From NCBI GenBank assembly GCA_023920165.1, contig CP089278.1, positions 1,302,001 through 1,366,000 on the forward strand: DNA of 64,000 bases. The letters run 5' to 3'. The number at the start of each line of letters is the position of its first letter. Position 1 is the stretch's first letter. This DNA comes from Curvularia clavata (lineage: Eukaryota). The translations under genes were made by a program, and so were the position numbers. The notes below the pieces were generated by a model. That model was not told where the DNA came from. It did no database searches and saw only the letters and a program-made list of their open reading frames with translations. Below are positions 17,058 to 28,193 of the stretch, one piece after another.

Positions 17058-18075
17058 CTACATCTTGGCATCGACCTTCCGTCTCGCAGCTGTGTTCCTA
17101 CTAGCGTCTAGCACCAGCCCCACGTGATGGCTCAACGCGACCAGCTCGCCTTGGGCATCGTGCACAAACACCTCGAGATCCATCCTCCCATTGGCAACCT
17201 TCTTCATCTCGACCCGGACCCGCAGCCATTTGGCGCCGCCTGGCGGAAGCGACTTTTTGATGTCAAGATTGAGCAGCAAAGTCGGGTACCAGTACGGGCC
17301 AGTCCCTTCGTCCTTGAGCGTCTCGATGAGCTGTGGAAACATGTCTGCGACGAAGCCAATGGACGAGTCGGTAAAGTTGCTGCCGTCAGAGAAGCAGAGC
17401 CACTCGTCGGCGACGTTCCGTGCAGGCTTGCCTGCCCGTGGAAAGTGGAAACTCAGTTTGGTCGTTGCCTTGCGGAATTTGGAAAATGGCATTTCACCAA
17501 ATGGTTTCCAGTTTGGATCTTGGTCGTTTGCCAGCTTGGAGAGGTCGACAGGAGCTATGGGAGGCGAGAAGGTGTACTCGGTGTCGTAACTGACGCCGGA
17601 TTCCGTGTCCATGTTGGAGTTTGTCACGTATGCGACGATTTCTTGTCGACCGTCTTGCTGCATGCTAACATGCACGATGGAGGTCTGGCGGCCGATCTTG
17701 ACATCGTCGACGGTGAAGGTTGCTGGGCCAGCCTGGGTTCGTCGGAGAAATTCCACGTGGAGGGCGATTGTGTGAGGTTGGTTGTGCGCGGCCAGGGTGG
17801 TGCTGAAATGTGCTTTGACTACCTCTAGGAGACTGACATGGTTTGGTCAGCGGCTATGTACGCATGTTGTGCATGCTGCATGCTGGCAAGGTGCCCCTCA
17901 CCATCCGGTAACATATCCGCCGTTTGGAACTGCGTACGTCAGTCAGAACGGCCCGTTGCGATGGATATCTGGGGCGTAACATACCGCTTCCGATGCACCA
18001 ATCATCGTGTAATGTGCAGGAGTAGGTGTTGGAGGAGAGCTTCTCCACCGCAGTGGCTTCTTGCCAACCCGGCAT
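17058..18075 (-). CDS. Hot-dog fold acyl-CoA thioesterase (4HBT_3/TesB-like) with PTS1-like C-terminus AKM
   Basis: DWCIGSVPNGGYV, WYPTLLLNLDIKK, NGRMDLEV; introns 17930-17984 and 17833-17901; ends RRKVDAKM. Confidence 0.88.
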
Positions 18076-18174
18076 ATTGGCAACTTGTCGGTCGCTGGAT
18101 AGGATATCCCTTGGTGTTTATTTCATGAACCAGCGCCAATATCAGTTGTCCTGGACAACAAACGTCGAGGCGGA

Positions 18175-18327
18175 CCTCGGAAAGTGTCCAGCTATCGCTG
18201 CGCTAACGCCGCATGCGGAAGGAACCTCGGCCATGGCATCCCCAGATGTGGGGTGTTCCCCGGCTTAAACATTATCGCCGACACTTGACAGGCTGCCGCC
18301 CTCCGACCATAGGGCGCATGCCCGAGG
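18175..18327. promoter_or_regulatory. Three CCTCGG/CCGAGG (FarA/FarB/Ctf1-type) motifs in a bidirectional promoter
   Basis: CCTCGG 18175-18180 and 18225-18230, CCGAGG 18322-18327, all in an ACCTCGG context, between two divergent genes with PTS1-type ends. Confidence 0.65.
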
Positions 18328-18452
18328 TCCAATGTGGAATGCCACTGTCTCTCTTGTTTTGGCTCCCTTTCCCTTTACACCCTGTATCTTCCGTGACTTT
18401 GTCCTACGGTAAGCTGAGTCGCATATTACACCGTTGAACTTTCATTGCCAAG

Positions 18453-20361
18453 ATGCCTTCCGACAGCCAGTACCCCAGCTTGCCTATTCCCGATGTTGAT
18501 CTTGTGAGTTTCCCGTCTCGGAAATAAGCTCGTATGTCAGCTTGATGTGCTGACCGGCGTGTGTGACGTTTCTAGTGGGCATTTCTATTTGAGAGGAAAG
18601 AAAAGCCATTTGCAGATGACAAAGGTATTCACATGCGACTGGCGTCGTGTTTCTATTGGGTGCCGAGCTGACGGTTATCACAAGTAATCTACTTTGACCC
18701 ATACACCAAGCGGTCCTACACATATGCACAGGTCCGAGAAACAGCCATTACTTTTGGCAAGGGGTTGAAGGCACAATGGGATTGGCAGAAGGGTGACGTC
18801 CTTGCACTGTACACACCAAATTGCATTGACACCCCAGCGATAACATGGGGCTGTCACTGGGCTGGCGGTGTGTTGTCGCCTGCTAACCCAAACTACACGG
18901 TTGAGGAGCTTGCTTTCCAGCTCAAAGACTCTGGTGCAAAGGCTCTGGTAACACAGTTGCCGTTTATCAGAAATGCGCAAGAAGCGGCGAAGAAGGTTGG
19001 CATGCCCGTGGATAGGGTGATTGTAATGGGAGATCAGAAAGATCCTTCATACAAAGTGAAGCATTTTACCAGCATCATCAACACGGCTGGATCCTCCAAG
19101 TGGCGGAGAACCAAGGCGAGCAACCCAGCTGAGGATTTGGCATTCCTGGTGTACAGCTCCGGTACCACAGGTCATCCAAAGGGCGTTATGCTTACCCACC
19201 GAAACATTGTTGCCAACACCTTGATGATCAAGGCCGGCGAGGCCGGAAATCTTAAGCCGACAGGAGGTCCTACAGGCGAAGGAGATAAACTGCTCGCATT
19301 TTTGCCCTTCTTCCACATTTACGGTACGCAAAAGGCGCATGATCAATCTGGAAAGCATATGCTGACATTCACCAGGTCTCACGTGTTTGATCCACCAAAG
19401 CTTGTTCTCTGGCCTCCAACTTGTTGTCATGCCAAAGTTTGATCTCGAAGACTTTTGCAAGTTCATCCAAGAACTCAAAATCACATTCGCATATGTCGTA
19501 CCGCCAATTGTCCTTCTTCTGAGCAAGAGCCCTGTGGTGTCAAAATACGATCTCAGCTCTATTCGTATGATGAACTCTGGTGCTGCGCCGCTTACACGAG
19601 AGCTTGTGGACGCAGTATATAGCAGACTCAAGATTCCTGTAAAGCAAGGATATGGTCTTTCGGAAACGAGTCCTACTACGCATACCCAGCCATGGGAAGA
19701 CTGGAACAAGACGATTGGTTCGGTCGGTAAGCTGCTGCCTTATCAGACAGCTAAATACATGTCTGCAGACGAGAAGGAAATGCCCGTTGGTGAGGTCGGT
19801 GAGCTCTGGATCAAGGGACCAAATGTTTTCAAGGGATACTTGAACAACCCAGAGGGAACCGCACATGCAAAAACAGCCGACGGGTACTTCAAAACTGGAG
19901 ATGTTGGATACCAAGACAAGGATGGCAACTTTTATATCACGGATCGTGTTAAGGAACTCATCAAGTACAAGGGTTTCCAGGTGCCACCGGCGGAGCTTGA
20001 GGGTATTCTGGTCTCTCACCCGAAGATTAAGTATGTTCGCCTCGCAGCTTTGATGTTGGATTTTGCTAACGTGTTTCTCTCTCGTAGCGATGTGGCAGTA
20101 ATTGGAGTCTACAGTAAAGACGACGCAACAGAGCTTCCCAGGGCATACATTGTGCCAAAGGACGGTCTTGGCAAGACCGATGCAGATGCAAAGGAGATTG
20201 TGGATTGGTTGAGCACAAAGGTTGCACACCACAAGCGGCTGAGGGGCGGTGTGAGGTGGGTCGATGAGATACCCAAGTCCGTGAGCGGTAAGATCTTGAG
20301 AAGGGTGTTGAAGGTAAAGGCGCAGGAGGAGGAGGATGCCAAGGCGAAGGCGAAGCTGTAG
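18453..20361 (+). CDS. Peroxisomal 4-coumarate/phenylacetyl-CoA ligase-like AMP-binding enzyme
   Basis: YSSGTTGHPKG, QGYGLSE, TGD, DRVKELIKYKGFQV, PKSVSGKILR; four introns (starting about 18504, 18625, 19324, 20031); C-terminal AKL. Confidence 0.93.
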
Positions 20362-20454
20362 TCTAGCTTTACCTCGAAGTATGAGACATTAATATCACTG
20401 GGATTGAGCTTCTCGCTTCGCGTTACAATATCTATCTCTTCTATCACATTCTCA

Positions 20455-20596
20455 TCTTCTCACTGTCTTCTTACTGTCTTCTCACTGTCTTCTTACTGTC
20501 TTCTCACTGTCTTCTCACTGTCTTCTCACTGTCTTCTCACTGTCTTCTCACTGTCTTCTCACTGTCTTCTCACTGTCTTCTCACTGTCTTCTTACT
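20455..20596. repeat. 11-bp minisatellite (TCTTCTCACTG), about 13 copies
   Basis: Direct tandem copies with occasional C>T variant TCTTCTTACTG. Confidence 0.95.
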
Positions 20597-20600
20597 ACAT

Positions 20601-20707
20601 ATCTTCTTAACAACTGCACTATCTTCTTACCAGCTACACTATCTTCTTACCAGCTACACTACCTTCTTACCAGCTACACTATCTTCTTACCAGCTACACT
20701 ATCTTCT
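20601..20707. repeat. 20-bp minisatellite (ATCTTCTTACCAGCTACACT), about 5 copies
   Basis: Copies at 20621, 20641, 20661, 20681 plus a degenerate copy at 20601 and a partial copy at 20701. Confidence 0.93.
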
Positions 20708-20852
20708 GGACGTGCGTTGTCTACCAGCTACAGCGATTGAACAAATCTGAGCAACATCATAGCGTGATTGTTTCACTATTCCAAGGACCAAACTAGGTTA
20801 TACATTGCTGTGCATCCTCCAGCGATTGCTGTCTAGTCTTCTATCAGCAGCC

Positions 20853-21473
20853 ATGCCGTCCAAACGCAAAGCTGCAAATGACGTCGATGACGACGACGTC
20901 TGCATCCTCAGTACCAAAAAACTGAAACCCGTCGACCCCGTACTATATGGCAAAGACTTTCCATACCAGATCTATACCAAGCTACACTCCAAATTCAACG
21001 TCTTCCCCGAGTTACTACGGAGCAACCTCCAGCAAGCTTACCACCGAGACCTTTACAACAACCAACAGAACCTCATTACCAATACCCCCAGAGCCCCCCA
21101 CCACCAGACATACCAGATCCTCAAAGGCAACCGGATTCGCTCCACATCTCTCAACTTCACCTGTGAACACCTCTCTTCAAACATCCCCTCGCTAGCGCTG
21201 GCCAACGCCGCCCTCATGGAGCACCTTCTCTCTGACAAACAGCCCAACCTATGAGGAGAAGAAGAAGTGACGTTTTCACGCACGGCGACACAAGAGGGGC
21301 TACAGAATCCAGAGTTCCTGGAACTGTATTTAGTGAGGGCAGGGGAGGTGGGATGGGGCCTGGACGATGGAGGCGCCTTATCATTTTATTTTACAAGGGT
21401 GGAGGGGAAGCGCTTGGAGGAGATGGTGTGGTATGTTAGCAGGGGAGAGATTAAAGTTGAAGAGGAGGGTTGA
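20853..21473 (+). pseudogene. Hypothetical gene interrupted by a single in-frame TGA
   Basis: MPSKRKAAND... ORF stops at 21252-21254; the same frame continues GEEEVTFSRTATQEG...KVEEEG to 21473. Confidence 0.5.
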
Positions 21474-21869
21474 GAGGGATTGGAGAAGAGGGATAGGTAT
21501 GAATTTCTTTTGGTCTGATCTGGGAGTTGAGGATAAGGGAGATTGAAAAGTCGCAACACAGGAGTTTAGGTATTGTACTTTTTTGGTCTTTTCATGACAT
21601 TTAGGATGGCTCTCCTACAAATAACAAACCTGGAAAATCAAAAAGAGTCCACCTGCTGAGACAGGCTGTCGACATGGAAATAAAAGAATAGCTGTGACGA
21701 CTACTGCTACTTCTTAAAGTAAAGTTTCAAGTGTAAAGAACACAGCAAATAATAAAATAACTGTCACAACTATAGCTACATTTATGGTAGATCGCCGTTT
21801 TCTAGTTTGACTAGTTGTGGGAGAGAATGGCTAGACAGGTGCCCTCGTATAGGGAAGAAAATTACATCA

Positions 21870-22353
21870 AGGAAATTTAAAGACACTGCGTAGGTTCGAA
21901 AGAGGAATTTAATGTGCTAGCTGTATGGCACTTGTGACACAGTCGACGGCGGCTATCTTGAAAACCTCCTGACAGCCTTCTAGAAATACTGCTTTTGGAG
22001 CATACGACGACAACGGCGTCTGGACCCGGCTTTCCTGGATCTCGAGCAGAGAAAGAAATGAAGTTAGCAGGACTGGAATGAGCTTGATCTTCATCCTCGA
22101 GTGTCCTTGGTCTCCGCCAAAAGCAAAGCTAGGTTGCTAGGAAAAGATGGCAGAGCGGTCACGGAAAAGATTGAGAGCGATTGTAGCGTCATTAATAATA
22201 GCAATAGTTTAGCCCATAGCGGTTATAGAAGAAATAGATGCATATTGTCTTTATGCTCGAACTAGTAGTGGCATTCAAGGACGCCTAACTTGGTCATATC
22301 TTTACATTTCTTGCAATGTGCAGTCCTCCGGACCTAGGTGGCAATGGTAGGAC
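21870..22353 (-). pseudogene. Degenerate cytochrome P450 N-terminal fragment (OrdA/CYP620-like)
   Basis: With two frameshifts reads LPLPPRSGGLHIARNVKDMTKLGVLECHY*FEHKD.YASISSITAMG*TIAIINDATIALNLFRDRSAIFS*QPSFAFGG, colinear with the P450 PPGP..GN..W...YG.I.S....GQ..IIIND...A..L...RSA..SSRP pattern; followed by an intron-like segment with GCTAAC. Confidence 0.75.
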
Positions 22354-22739
22354 ATGTCTGTTCAGCTAGCGCCTCCTTGGGATGTGCAGGACAGGACGGC
22401 GAATCAACGGGAGACCGATACTTGGCGACAGTATGAAATATTCCTTCTACAAATGTGCACACATTTTTACCCAGCGCTTATTGCATCTTTATCGTTGCAT
22501 TCGAATCCCTGATTTTTTTTTCGCTGGAATATTTGCGATGAGAAAAAAGAATTTGTAACATGAAGTATCCAGCACGCGTAGTGTGGTTCGTACTGTCGAT
22601 GGATGAGATGGCTCCAATCAAAGCACGTGCCTGCTTACAGCTAGCGCATCTTGGCACCACCGCACAGCCGAGCCAAAATTACCCTCGCAAATCTACGACC
22701 TTGAACCCATCGACAATCGACAACATCACGACCGTCACG

Positions 22740-23321
22740 ATGCCGAAAGAAGTCAAGCAGAAGTCTGGCCTCATCGTTGGCCTTAACGCCGGCCACAGTA
22801 CGTCTCACCCGCGCACCGCTCTCGACGCCCCGGAACCGCCACAACTGAGATAAAAAAAATCGTTGGATGGACGCTAACATGGCGAACAGAGGTCACCCCC
22901 AGGACTCCCGCTCCCAGGATCTCGAGGAGGAAGGGTTTCCTGTCCAAGCGCACTGCCTTTGTCCGTGAGATCACCAAGGAGGTTGCTGGGTACGTTGTAT
23001 TCTGGAGCTTGCTCAAGCGCAGGACCGCGCAATTACCTTTGTAATGGATTGCTAACGATGGTTGTGTCTATAGTCTTGCCCCTTACGAGAAGCGCATCAT
23101 TGAATTGCTCCGAAACTCCAAGGACAAGCGTGCCCGTCGTCTGGCTAAGAAGAGGGTACGTCTTCCTGCGCCCATGATACGATTCGATTCCGCACCCACT
23201 GCACATAATCTAGAACACACACACACTAACATTGCAATAGCTCGGTACCTTCGGCCGCTCAAAGAGAAAGGTCGACGAGATGACCAAGGTCATCGCCGAG
23301 TCGAGGCGCGCGGGTCACTAA
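22740..23321 (+). CDS. RPL36: 60S ribosomal protein L36 (eL36)
   Basis: [57 protein letters not shown]; three introns. Confidence 0.97.
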
Positions 23322-24096
23322 ACGGTTTCATGATACGCGGTGGATGAAGCAAACACGGCGAACGACCGACCTTCTTTCCGATTCTGTCCTGGGTGTTCGG
23401 TCTCTTTTTCACAAACGGGCGGCTCGACACGATTTCGGAACGTCACAGCATACCATATAAAAAGGATGGCACGATTATCGGAGTAAGGCAAATGGACAGT
23501 GATGGTTCCTGAACGTACCTAGCATGTGTCACTCAAAATCATGAAATGTGACGATTGGTTCACGCCAAAACACCATGTTCCAGTGCCGCCTGGCGTATGC
23601 GTGACTGAGGTGTGACATGGTGGTTATAGTGATATGATGCCGACAATGTTGTCGACGCTGAACTAGCATGGATGTCAAATTCCTACTCTATTGCCCTTAT
23701 CAATGGCAGAGTAAGGGCCGAGAAATGCTTAAATTGAAACGCGCTTTGCTTGGAGACAAGACTGCTCAGGCCTCACACTGCTACTGCATGTATGTGAGGT
23801 CTCGGGCAGAGGCGCGGACATACAGGATTGACAGTGACTCCGATTGTAGACTGACCAAAAGACACGTACTGTTGTCTGTTTCTAAAAGAGAAGCATTTCA
23901 CAAAGATTGTCTGGTTCAATGTCTACTCTATCCACAGAAGCTGTAAACGCTTATAGGGCATTGCTAGTTGGGTTGCATATCTCTATCCGTGGGGTGAAGA
24001 AAGTAAATCATCCATTGAGAGGGAACCAGACTTCAGGCTCAGTTGCCAGCTTCGTCTGGACCTGTTCGTGCATGGTAATTTTGTTTATAGGCATCC

Positions 24097-25259
24097 TCAA
24101 TCATCGCCACCTATCTTCTCAAGCTTTCCCATTTCACGCTTCTCACCTGTCTCGCCGATAAAACGTATACGGTCGATGCGCGTCTTCTCGCTGTCGCCGT
24201 CGGCATCCGCGACGAAAAGCACGACTGAATAAACGTTTTGGAACTTGACAAAGCGGAGCTCCAGCTTGGCGGTCTGTGTCTGCTCGTCCCAGTCCGAGGG
24301 CTTTAGCTCAATGATCTGGGTTGCAGGAATATCTTCTGCTTCCTCGAAGCCTAGGTTGTGCTGGCGGTTGATCCAAACGTGGATTGTCTTTGGTCGAACG
24401 GGAGCTTCGTCGTCATCTTCGTCGTTGCCCGAAACACAAGAGGTGATGTGGATGGTGTGCAGCTTGACATTTGCTGTAAAAGGCACATACAGCATCAGTT
24501 GATTGTCCACGTCGCTCTCAATCCAGTCTTTGCTTCCTTCTGAGCTAGTCGCAGCTCCTTTGCCCTTGTTCAATGATGATGGTGCCGATGTTTCGAAAAG
24601 CGTCCTGACGGTTCCGAAATCGCTGTCTGCGTTGAGCAGATCGAGACCACGCACATCTACAGATTCGGTGACGTCGCTGTATCCGCGTGGTAAGCTGGTG
24701 CCTATCCAAGCTCCGCTGCCACCACTGCTACCGCTTCCACTTGCGAATCCGGTGCCGCCTTTGCCCTCATTCTCGGCCTCGGCGGCAAGTGTCTTGATTG
24801 CCTCGGAGAGTTGTACGGGATTGGAACCAGAGTATTTGCGTATTTGCTGGTTGTTTTTGTAGATGATGAATGTAGGGGTACTGTTTTGTAGGCTTGGTTA
24901 GAAGCCTGTCTCTTGTGTGTTGGCAGGTTGTGTAAATGTGCATACTTTGTGACATTGTAGCTTTGCGCAATCTGTGCTTGCTGCACTGTGCTGACTTTCG
25001 TAAAGGTAACCTTCCCTGGTCTTGAGAGCTGACTGGCTAGCTGGTCATATACCGGCGCGATCGCTTTGCTCGACATGTTTTCCTCATTATAAACTACAAG
25101 AGCCAAATGTCAGTGGACAATCAAAGGTGAGGTGATGTCTTTCGACGTGTATTGCGGTGGCGGCGGCAGTGGCTGCTTACAATTGACCACTACGACGCGT
25201 GAGGATGATAGTAGCGAGCTCAGCTGAGCGGGCGATTTGATTTCTACGGTCTCAGACAT
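24097..25259 (-). CDS. Thioredoxin-fold plus PITH domain protein (Txl1/TXNL1-like) lacking CxxC
   Basis: N-terminal Trx-like segment (KAIAPVY, VTFTKV, TPTFIIYK) and PITH motifs ESDVDNQLMLYVPF, LRFVKFQNV, KTRIDRIRFIGE; introns 25094-25180 and 24881-24945. Confidence 0.9.
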
Positions 25260-25979
25260 GTTTGCGGCTCCTAAAAGAGAGACTGATAGGGTTTGTTGTC
25301 GGTGTCGGTCTAGGAGAGGCGCGACGTGCAGCGCTCTCGAGATTTAGTGGGGGCGGGGTGTTGCTCTTCCGTCACCGACGATCACCGTGGATGCGTTTAG
25401 TGAGTGTAGTCAGGCACCGACACACTACGCGGCAGAGCAACGAAGCTTCCAGAACACCAGTTTGCATTTTCCCGTTACGCGACGACCCTATTGAGTTCCG
25501 GTTTTCTAATCCAGAAGACAGCTGGCCCTTGGATTCGGTGCATCCAAATCGCCTTCCACGTCCTTCCCTACCTTGCCGCCCTCTACATCACTGCTAGCAC
25601 GCGCTTTCGCACCAGCAGCGTCGCCATCTTCTCGAGACTAACGGCACCTGGCACCAAGCCTTTGTAGAATTCACTCGGCAGCTTCTACACATACCCACAC
25701 GCTCACGGGATTGGTAAGCGCCTCTCCTGGCGTTCGTCCCCAACATTGCGTGCGCCTGGACCCTAATCGCCTCTTGATGGCAGGCCAAAGCCATCTTCTC
25801 CTCAGTTTCACCGAAGCAAAGCTCCTGCACTTCGCGACCCTCCTTCTCCTTGTTGAACGAAGCAACTCTACCCGAAGAGCACACCGTTGGGACTGCTGGT
25901 ACCTGCGTATTATTTTCCTCGCAAACGCACCTACTGCTTTCCTTCTCGCACACAACCTCTATAGATTGATTCGAGCATA

Positions 25980-27675
25980 ATGTCGCACGTTGTCGTGTTC
26001 AACTCGCACGCGAGGTCGTTCAAGATCCCCACGACACCTACAAAGTACCTGACCGAGGTGCGGGACGAGGCGTGCCAAAAGTTTGGTGTCAACAAGGACC
26101 AGTTTACGTTGAAGTAAGCAACATTGTGCTTCGAATAGAGCCCTCTCCTAACAAATCTGTAGATATAACAACAAGCCCATCTCTCTCTCCCAGCAAATAC
26201 GCCTTGCAAACCTTCCTCAGGGTGCCCGATTAGAGCTCGTTCAAGCGTCACGATCACCTACTGTCATATCTGTAGCGCTTCAGCTTCCGGCAACAGAGAA
26301 GAATGTACGCCTTACAAATAAGTTCGCAAGCAACACCTCATTATGGGAAATTCTACGTCATTTCGAAAGCAGCCAGGGGGCCAACTACAACTTTACACAG
26401 CGTGGTGTGCCTGAAATGAGTGGCGCATCCGGTGCTGGAAGATTACACTATGAGCAACCTGTTATAACCGTCATGCCGGGTCATAAGGAGCAATCGAGCT
26501 TTGTCGAGCTGCAACAGACGCTCAGTCAACTGGGTTTCGACAATGGATCAGCTTTGCTGAAACTGTCATATAGAAATAGTGGCACTCCGTTAGAAGAAGC
26601 TATGGCGCAAATATCACAGTACTTCAAGCCGAGCGAGCCTTCTGCTGGAGCAGAGGGCGCACATGCTTCAACGACCGACCAATTGGCCTCAATACCGGAC
26701 CCAGCGCAAGCCGCTCCACAGGCCACAGAAACCGTAGCTGGTGAGACTGTGCGCAGTGACGAACCTGACCCAGAACCCATGGAGGTTGAACCAAAATCTG
26801 CTGCTCAGCCTGCACCTGAACCTGAAATCTCAACTGAGAAATACGCAGCCGAGAGCGTTGAGAACACCTCCCCTGCAGCGGCTCTAGCAGCAGCAACATC
26901 AACAGCTTCGTCTGCGCCAGCACAACCTTCTGAATCTTCGCCACAACCTACCAAAGAGTCGTCGCAGCCGACCGAGAAATCTCGCAGTGTCCAAATCTTT
27001 TCTGCACCAACATCGTCGACTCCACAAGCAGCACGAAATGCGTTCAACGAGAGCGACTATCTTCCGACCATTGAACATGCAAAAGCGCATCAGAACGCGC
27101 TCTTGAACAGGACAAAGAACACCCGTCTGCTCTCTGATAAGGAACTCGAAGAGCAAGAAAAAGAACGGCAAGCCAAGATTGCTGCAGCAGCCGAGAAGGG
27201 TGGTTCACTGCGGATACGCATGCCTGATGGTGCACTTATTCAGATGTCCTTTGATAAGAACGATACTGCTGCTGGGCTCTACGACTTTGTGCGCAGTTTC
27301 TTGGAGAGGAAGAATGAACCCTTCCAGCTCAAGAACACGGGTCCTACTGGTCGCCTAGTCCTTGTCCCAAGAGACGACAAGCGTTTGGTACAGGACCTGC
27401 GCTTCTTTAACAACGAACTCGTGACGTTTCAATGGGCGGAGAACGCAAGTGCAGAAGCAAGGGCAAGCCGTCATACACTCGCATCGGAATGGCAAGCAAA
27501 AGCTCAAACACTGAAAGTTGAGGAACCAGTGAAAGAAGACCCAGCTCAGCCACAGACGAACCAGTCTCAAGAAGGTAGTGTTACTGAGGGAAAGAGGAAG
27601 GCGGCTATGAGCAATGAGGAGAAGGAGAGCAAGCTGAAGAATCTGCTCGGCAAAGGACTGTTCAAGAAGAAGTAA
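25980..27675 (+). CDS. TUG/ASPSCR1/Ubx4-like UBL-UBX Cdc48 cofactor
   Basis: N-terminal UBL (KIPTTPTKYLTEV, RLANLPQGARLEL), PTIEHAKAHQ, LLSDKEL, UBX-like LRIRMPDG...LYDFVR; intron 26114-26162. Confidence 0.85.
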
Positions 27676-28193
27676 TGGGGTGTTGCTGAAGACCAGAGAG
27701 GAAATCTTTTGTTATGTTGGGTGCTTTATGCGGCATTTCCTGGGGAGTTTCTTTGATGTTTCCACTACATAGCGAAGAAGCAATGGAATGTTTATGAATG
27801 GCCTAGCCTTCTGGTAGACCAAAATGTATACAATAGTCGTGATGAGAGATAGCTGCGCTAGAATGGTCAGTGTGATCTCAGAGTCATTTGACTCCTGTGC
27901 GGACATTGTGTTATAGACTGGGCTGCAATGGGAGTTGTCTTGGTCATCTTGTAGTAGCAGTGACGTTTACATCACTTGTACTTTCATTCCACGACAAGTT
28001 TGCTATAATTTACAAACGGAACATTGCACGGCCCACTCCTCACTTTCACCGTACGCAAAGCATAAATCGTAGCAAACTTTTCTCTTCTACAGCACCCTCG
28101 ACACTGCTCTCGACTCCACTCCAAAGGTCAATTCGGAGCACGAATCTGACACGGCAGTGCTACAGAAACTAGTGCCAGCCTCTCTCAATCACG

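Noticed and set aside
20455..20707. CRISPR-like array
   Set aside because: Units are directly tandem with no unique spacers, no cas genes, eukaryotic context
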